Below the pieces are notes generated by a model. It saw only the letters and a program-made list of their open reading frames with translations. It was not told the origin of the DNA and made no database searches. DNA of 64,000 nucleotides from Bdellovibrionota bacterium (GTDB taxonomy: Bacteria; Bdellovibrionota_G; JALEGL01; DATDPG01): contig OY764265.1 of the NCBI GenBank assembly GCA_963668355.1, positions 992,001 through 1,056,000 of the forward strand, given 5' to 3'. The translations under genes were made by a program, and so were the position numbers. Positions within the stretch are counted from its first letter, which is position 1. Each line of letters begins with the position of its first letter. This document shows, one piece after another, positions 59,659-64,000 of the stretch.

Positions 59659-60687
59659 ATGAAAGTGAAAATCGGAGAGGTCCTTGTTTCTCAAGGTTTG
59701 GTCACACCCGAACAGGTCGACAAAGCTTTAACGTTTCAAAAAAAACAGGGTGGGAAATTGGGTTCCATCATGGTGGAGCTGGGCTTTGTTTCTGACCAAG
59801 CTCTGGCCACAGCGCTTTCGAAGCAGTTGCATCTTCCGGCTGCCCAGGCAGAAGACTTTCAAAAGATTTCTGAGACAGCACTGAAAAAGATGGATGCCCA
59901 GACCGTTAAAAAGCATGGGTGTCTCCCGTTGATTATGAGAGAGCGCCTTCGGATCGCCATTTCGGACCCATGGGAAATTAAGGCCATCAACGAGTGGGCT
60001 GTGCGCGAAAGCATTCAAATTCAATTGGTGATTGCCCCCGAAATCTGGATTACAGCCGCCATGGAACGTCATTATAAAATTCCTCGTCCGAATCGGTTTA
60101 GGGAGGCCGCTCCGGCCAATGCCCCTTTGGCCGAGGAGTCCGAAGAAATCATTGAATTGGATGAAAAGGCCATCATCGAAGATTTATCTTTTCCCCATTT
60201 TCAGCAAACGCTTTCCGATTGCCGATCCATCGAAGAGGTGTTCGATGCACTTCTGTCCTTTTTGAGTCCGTTATTGCCGCAGATCGCAGTTTTTGTGGCT
60301 CGAAAAGGAATCTTCTCCGGTTGGGTTCTTCATGGATTTCCCGCGCGGGCCAACGCGTTTTCCCAGATTCAAATCCATGCAACGCAAGAATCTCCCTTGA
60401 AACAGGTCGTCGAATCAAAGCAAACTCATAAAGGTCCCATTACGGCAGAGGTCGCTAAATTACTGGGATTTGAATTGCTTCAAGTGCCTTACGGCCAACG
60501 CGTTCAATTTTTTCCCATCCTGTTTCGCGGAAAGGTTTCCACGGTGCTCATGGGGGTTCCGGCTGAAGCCACCGAGAATCTGCCTCCAGAGCAAGAACGA
60601 CAAATCCGCCAGGCTTGTGAAAAAACGGAGGCCGCCTTGGAAATGTTGGTCTATCGCCGACTTATTTTAGCCCCTACAACGGTTTAG
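59659..60687 (+). CDS. MshEN/GSPII-N domain protein without an ATPase domain
   Basis: KIGEVLVSQGLVTPEQVDKALTFQ-x5-KLGSIMVELG tandem motif; LRIAISDP; no Walker A. Confidence 0.8.
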   Translation: MKVKIGEVLVSQGLVTPEQVDKALTFQKKQGGKLGSIMVELGFVSDQALATALSKQLHLPAAQAEDFQKISETALKKMDAQTVKKHGCLPLIMRERLRIAISDPWEIKAINEWAVRESIQIQLVIAPEIWITAAMERHYKIPRPNRFREAAPANAPLAEESEEIIELDEKAIIEDLSFPHFQQTLSDCRSIEEVFDALLSFLSPLLPQIAVFVARKGIFSGWVLHGFPARANAFSQIQIHATQESPLKQVVESKQTHKGPITAEVAKLLGFELLQVPYGQRVQFFPILFRGKVSTVLMGVPAEATENLPPEQERQIRQACEKTEAALEMLVYRRLILAPTTV

Positions 60688-60742
60688 GTCGTGACCTCCT
60701 CCAATCTTGCCCCAAACGCAAAAGCCCGATATCCAAGTGTGT

Positions 60743-62785
60743 ATGCGAAAAATTTTGCTAACCTTTTTGATCTTCTGGGTTCCCATGACTTCATTTTCGG
60801 CCACACCTTACCCCGCTAACTCTTTCCGCGTTTCTTCGAAAGCTCTCACCGAGCTATGCGATCAAATCATTGAAGATACGCAGGAAGCCTTACGACTGAT
60901 CGTTCAACGCAAAGGCGAACACTCCTTCGAAAACACGATCGAACCCATGCAGTTGGCCTATGAGGTCATGTGGGATCGCCTGGCTCCTTTACACTTACTG
61001 GGCTACGTCTCAGAAAATGACTCTGTCCGAAAAGCCGCCAAAGCCTGTGAACTGAAGGCGGGAAAATTCGAAGTGGATCTGCGTGCCCGCGAAGATTTGT
61101 TTCGTGTGTTTCAACAGGCAGCTCAAAAAAATCAAAAAACACTTAAAGGAGAGGACTTACTCTTACTCAAGAGCAATCAGCGGGATTTCAAAAAGAATGG
61201 TTTGATGCTTTCCAAGAAAAAACGAGAAGAACTCGTAACCTTGCGAAAACAAATTGCCGAACTTGAGGTGAAATACCAAAACAATTTACAGGAAGATGTC
61301 CGAGAAGTTGCGTTTTCACCCGAAGAAATGGCGGGCTTGCCAAAAGACTTTGTGGGTCGTTTTCCCAAAAACAAAGACGGCAAGCATGTATTGACCACCT
61401 CTTATCCTGATTATTTTCCTTTCATGAAAGAGGCCCGAAGTTCAGAGGCACGAAAGCGCTTTTTCTATGCCTTTGCTCGACGCGGCGGAGAACAAAATAT
61501 TCAAATTCTTCAAAAAGCCATCGACCTTCGCCACCAAGCGGCCAACCTTCTGGGTTACGCAACTCATGCAGACCTTCAAACCGAAGGAAGAATGCTCAAT
61601 AGCGCAAAAAAAGTTGAAGCCTTTCTGAAAAAATTGGAAACACGTTTTCAAAAAAGAAGAGACCAAGATCTGAAAAAACTCCTCGCTCTTAAGAAAAAAG
61701 ACAAACCCAAAGCCAAAAAAGTATGGCCTTGGGATCGCTTGTATTATGAGAATCAAATTCTCAAATCGGAGTATGGCATCGACTCCAACGAAATTCGAAA
61801 ATTCTTTCCGTTGAACGTCGTAACCAAGGGAATGTTGGCAACTTACGAGCTGCTGTTTGGACTTCAATTCAAAGAAATCAAACCGGCTCAGGCCTGGCAT
61901 AAAGATGTGCAATTGTTCGAAGTTCATGATCTTGAATCCGAAGAATTGATTGGGCATTTCTATCTCGACCTTTTTCCTCGTAGTGGGAAATACCAACATG
62001 CGGCTGTTTTTCCTTTAAGAGCCCGACTCCTGAAAAATGGAAAAATTGGCCAGCATTCCGCTGCGGCCATGGTGGCAAACTTTTCAAAACCCACGCCAAC
62101 CAAGCCTTCTCTTTTGACCCATGACGAAGTGGAAACATTTTTTCATGAATTCGGACACGTCATGCATGCCCTCCTGGCGAAAAGTAAATATTATCGCTTT
62201 ACGGGGATCGGCGTGACGACCGAGTTTGGCGTTCCAGATGACTTCGGCGAAGCCCCCTCCACCATGTTGGAAAACTGGGTATGGAACACGGAGGTCTTGC
62301 AAAATCTTTCTGGTCATTTTGAAAACCCTCGCCGAAAACTGCCTCGTCAGTTGATTTCAAAGATGACTCAAGCCCGACAGGCCAACTCGGGAACGTTTTA
62401 CCCCCGACAAATTTTCTTGGCCCGGGTGGATTTGGCCTATCATACAAATCCCAAACCCGAGAAATCCATCGAAGTCTGGCATGACCTCATGAAAAAAATC
62501 ACGGGCATGGAATTGCCCTCCGATTTAAAGTCGGGAAGTTCTTTCGGCCACCTCATGGGCGGATATGATGCCGGCTACTACGGCTATCTCTGGACCTGGG
62601 TCCTCTCCTCGGATTTGTTCACGCGCTTTCAAAAACACGGATTGTTGAATCAAGAAGAGGGACGACGATACCGAAGAACGATTTTGGAACCGGGCGCGAC
62701 CATCGACCCCAATCAAATGGTCAAAAATTTCTTGGGCCGTGCGCCCCAAGATGACGCATTTTTCAAAATGGTCGGGGCCGATTAG
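60743..62785 (+). CDS. M3A (thimet oligopeptidase-like) metallopeptidase with signal peptide
   Basis: FYLDLFPRSGKY, FHEFGHVMH, EAPSTMLENW, FGHLMGGYDAGYYGYLW. Confidence 0.93.
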   Translation: MRKILLTFLIFWVPMTSFSATPYPANSFRVSSKALTELCDQIIEDTQEALRLIVQRKGEHSFENTIEPMQLAYEVMWDRLAPLHLLGYVSENDSVRKAAKACELKAGKFEVDLRAREDLFRVFQQAAQKNQKTLKGEDLLLLKSNQRDFKKNGLMLSKKKREELVTLRKQIAELEVKYQNNLQEDVREVAFSPEEMAGLPKDFVGRFPKNKDGKHVLTTSYPDYFPFMKEARSSEARKRFFYAFARRGGEQNIQILQKAIDLRHQAANLLGYATHADLQTEGRMLNSAKKVEAFLKKLETRFQKRRDQDLKKLLALKKKDKPKAKKVWPWDRLYYENQILKSEYGIDSNEIRKFFPLNVVTKGMLATYELLFGLQFKEIKPAQAWHKDVQLFEVHDLESEELIGHFYLDLFPRSGKYQHAAVFPLRARLLKNGKIGQHSAAAMVANFSKPTPTKPSLLTHDEVETFFHEFGHVMHALLAKSKYYRFTGIGVTTEFGVPDDFGEAPSTMLENWVWNTEVLQNLSGHFENPRRKLPRQLISKMTQARQANSGTFYPRQIFLARVDLAYHTNPKPEKSIEVWHDLMKKITGMELPSDLKSGSSFGHLMGGYDAGYYGYLWTWVLSSDLFTRFQKHGLLNQEEGRRYRRTILEPGATIDPNQMVKNFLGRAPQDDAFFKMVGAD

Positions 62786-62916
62786 ATTTTATCAAAATTC
62801 GGTTAAAAAGTAGGGTTCCCGCGCTGAAAAAGCGATTTGAGGCCTATGAAATTGCAAAAAAAAGAGTAGAACAGCGCTAGAAATTTTCAGTAAAACCGGG
62901 CCACAGGGAGCGAAAT

Positions 62917-64000
62917 ATGAGCCTGAAACCAATGTTAAATCCTGATTCGGTGGCCGTAATCGGTGCCTCTTTGAAAGAGGGAAAAGTCGGTTACGCCGTC
63001 ATCCAGAACCTTATCCAAGGAAAATTCAAGGGAAAGCTGGTCCCGGTAAATCCAAAACTCGAGACCTACGAGGGCATCCCCTGTTTCCCCAACCTCGTTT
63101 CCCACAAGGAGCCGGTCGATGTCGCGGTCATTGCAGTTCCTACACCAGCCGTAAAACCGGCCGTTCAAGATGCTCTGGATGCCCACGCCAAATCCATCAT
63201 CGTCATCACCGCCGGGTTCAAAGAAACCGGTCCGGAAGGGGCGGCTCTGGAAGAAGAAATTGGGAAAATGTGCAAGAGCCACGGCGTTCGAATGCTGGGA
63301 CCCAATTGCGTGGGCCTCATCAACGCTCACCACAAATTCAACGCTTCTTTCGCTACCCAAATGCCAACCCCCGGGGGCATCAGCGTGGTTTCTCAGTCTG
63401 GGGCTCTTTGTACGGCCATTTTAGACTGGGCTGCCGGCCGCCATTTGGGTTTGGCCAAACTCATCAGCATCGGAAACAAGGCCGATGTTGACGAAACCGA
63501 TCTTCTTCAAGCCCTCGCTCATGATGACGAGACGAAAGTCATCGTGGCCTACCTCGAAAGCATTGAGTCCGGATCCAATTTCATCAAAATTGCCGAAGAG
63601 GTTTCGGCTCTCAAACCGGTGGTCGTGTTCAAAGCAGGAACCACCAAGGCCGGAGCCAAAGCCGCTTCTTCGCACACCGGAAGTCTAGCCGGTGCAGACA
63701 TCGCTTACGGAGCCGCTTTTAAACGTGCCGGTGTCATTCGCGCAGACTCCTTTGACGCCATGACGGATTTTGCCACTGCACTGGCCATGCAAAATCCTCC
63801 CCAAGGAAATCGGGTGGCCATTGTCACCAATGCCGGAGGTCCTGGAATCATGGCAGCAGACGCGATGGAAAAAGCGGGATTGACGGTACAACCCTTGGAA
63901 GCCAAAACCGCCGAAGCCTTAAAAAAGGATTTACCCGCAGCCGCCAGCGTTGGAAACCCCATTGATGTTTTGGGAGATGCTGGACCGGATCGATATGTAC
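62917..64000 (+). CDS. Acetate/acyl-CoA ligase (ADP-forming) family protein, 3'-truncated by window edge
   Basis: Not in the ORF track because it has no stop; read directly as MSLKPMLNPDSVAVIGAS, MLGPNCVG, SQSGAL, SIGNKAD, SHTGSLAG, TNAGGPG; GGGAG RBS. Confidence 0.92.
   Translation, partial: MSLKPMLNPDSVAVIGASLKEGKVGYAVIQNLIQGKFKGKLVPVNPKLETYEGIPCFPNLVSHKEPVDVAVIAVPTPAVKPAVQDALDAHAKSIIVITAGFKETGPEGAALEEEIGKMCKSHGVRMLGPNCVGLINAHHKFNASFATQMPTPGGISVVSQSGALCTAILDWAAGRHLGLAKLISIGNKADVDETDLLQALAHDDETKVIVAYLESIESGSNFIKIAEEVSALKPVVVFKAGTTKAGAKAASSHTGSLAGADIAYGAAFKRAGVIRADSFDAMTDFATALAMQNPPQGNRVAIVTNAGGPGIMAADAMEKAGLTVQPLEAKTAEALKKDLPAAASVGNPIDVLGDAGPDRYV

Noticed and set aside
62839..62857. Sigma-54-like GG...TTGC upstream of the acyl-CoA ligase gene
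   Set aside because: Spacing is GG-N11-GC, not N10
62935..63962. Short ORFs listed at the window end
   Set aside because: Shadows of the unlisted plus-strand acyl-CoA ligase gene starting at 62917

Overview
Gene-dense, moderate-GC bacterial chromosome segment. Gene content (multiple Hsp70s, tandem PilZ, MshEN, sigma-54 regulator, AddAB, DUF3373-like porin) suggests a deltaproteobacteria-like lineage such as Bdellovibrionota or Myxococcota relatives; this is inference. Housekeeping blocks: grpE-dnaK, addB-addA, dksA-galU-priA, lipB-hisS-aspS-rnhB-yraN, def-fmt-PASTA-rpe, oppABC-bioY and tRNA-Leu(CAG). I saw no rRNA, CRISPR array, transposase or integrase. The best candidate for an undescribed system is a four-gene operon at 10468-15117: outer-membrane beta-barrel, monoheme cytochrome c with no Met ligand, membrane-anchored OTR-like octaheme cytochrome c, and diheme cytochrome b. 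It may form an envelope-spanning redox module. Other candidates are a TolC/PIP-synthase-like/MlaC/phosphodiesterase lipid operon; a class III cyclase-STAND-TPR gene coupled to addAB; an fmt gene whose conserved N-terminus has no in-frame start codon; a lid-less Hsp70 paired with a double-PilZ protein; and a hairpin-rich element fused to the 3' end of tRNA-Leu. All family calls come from motif recognition by eye, with no database searches.
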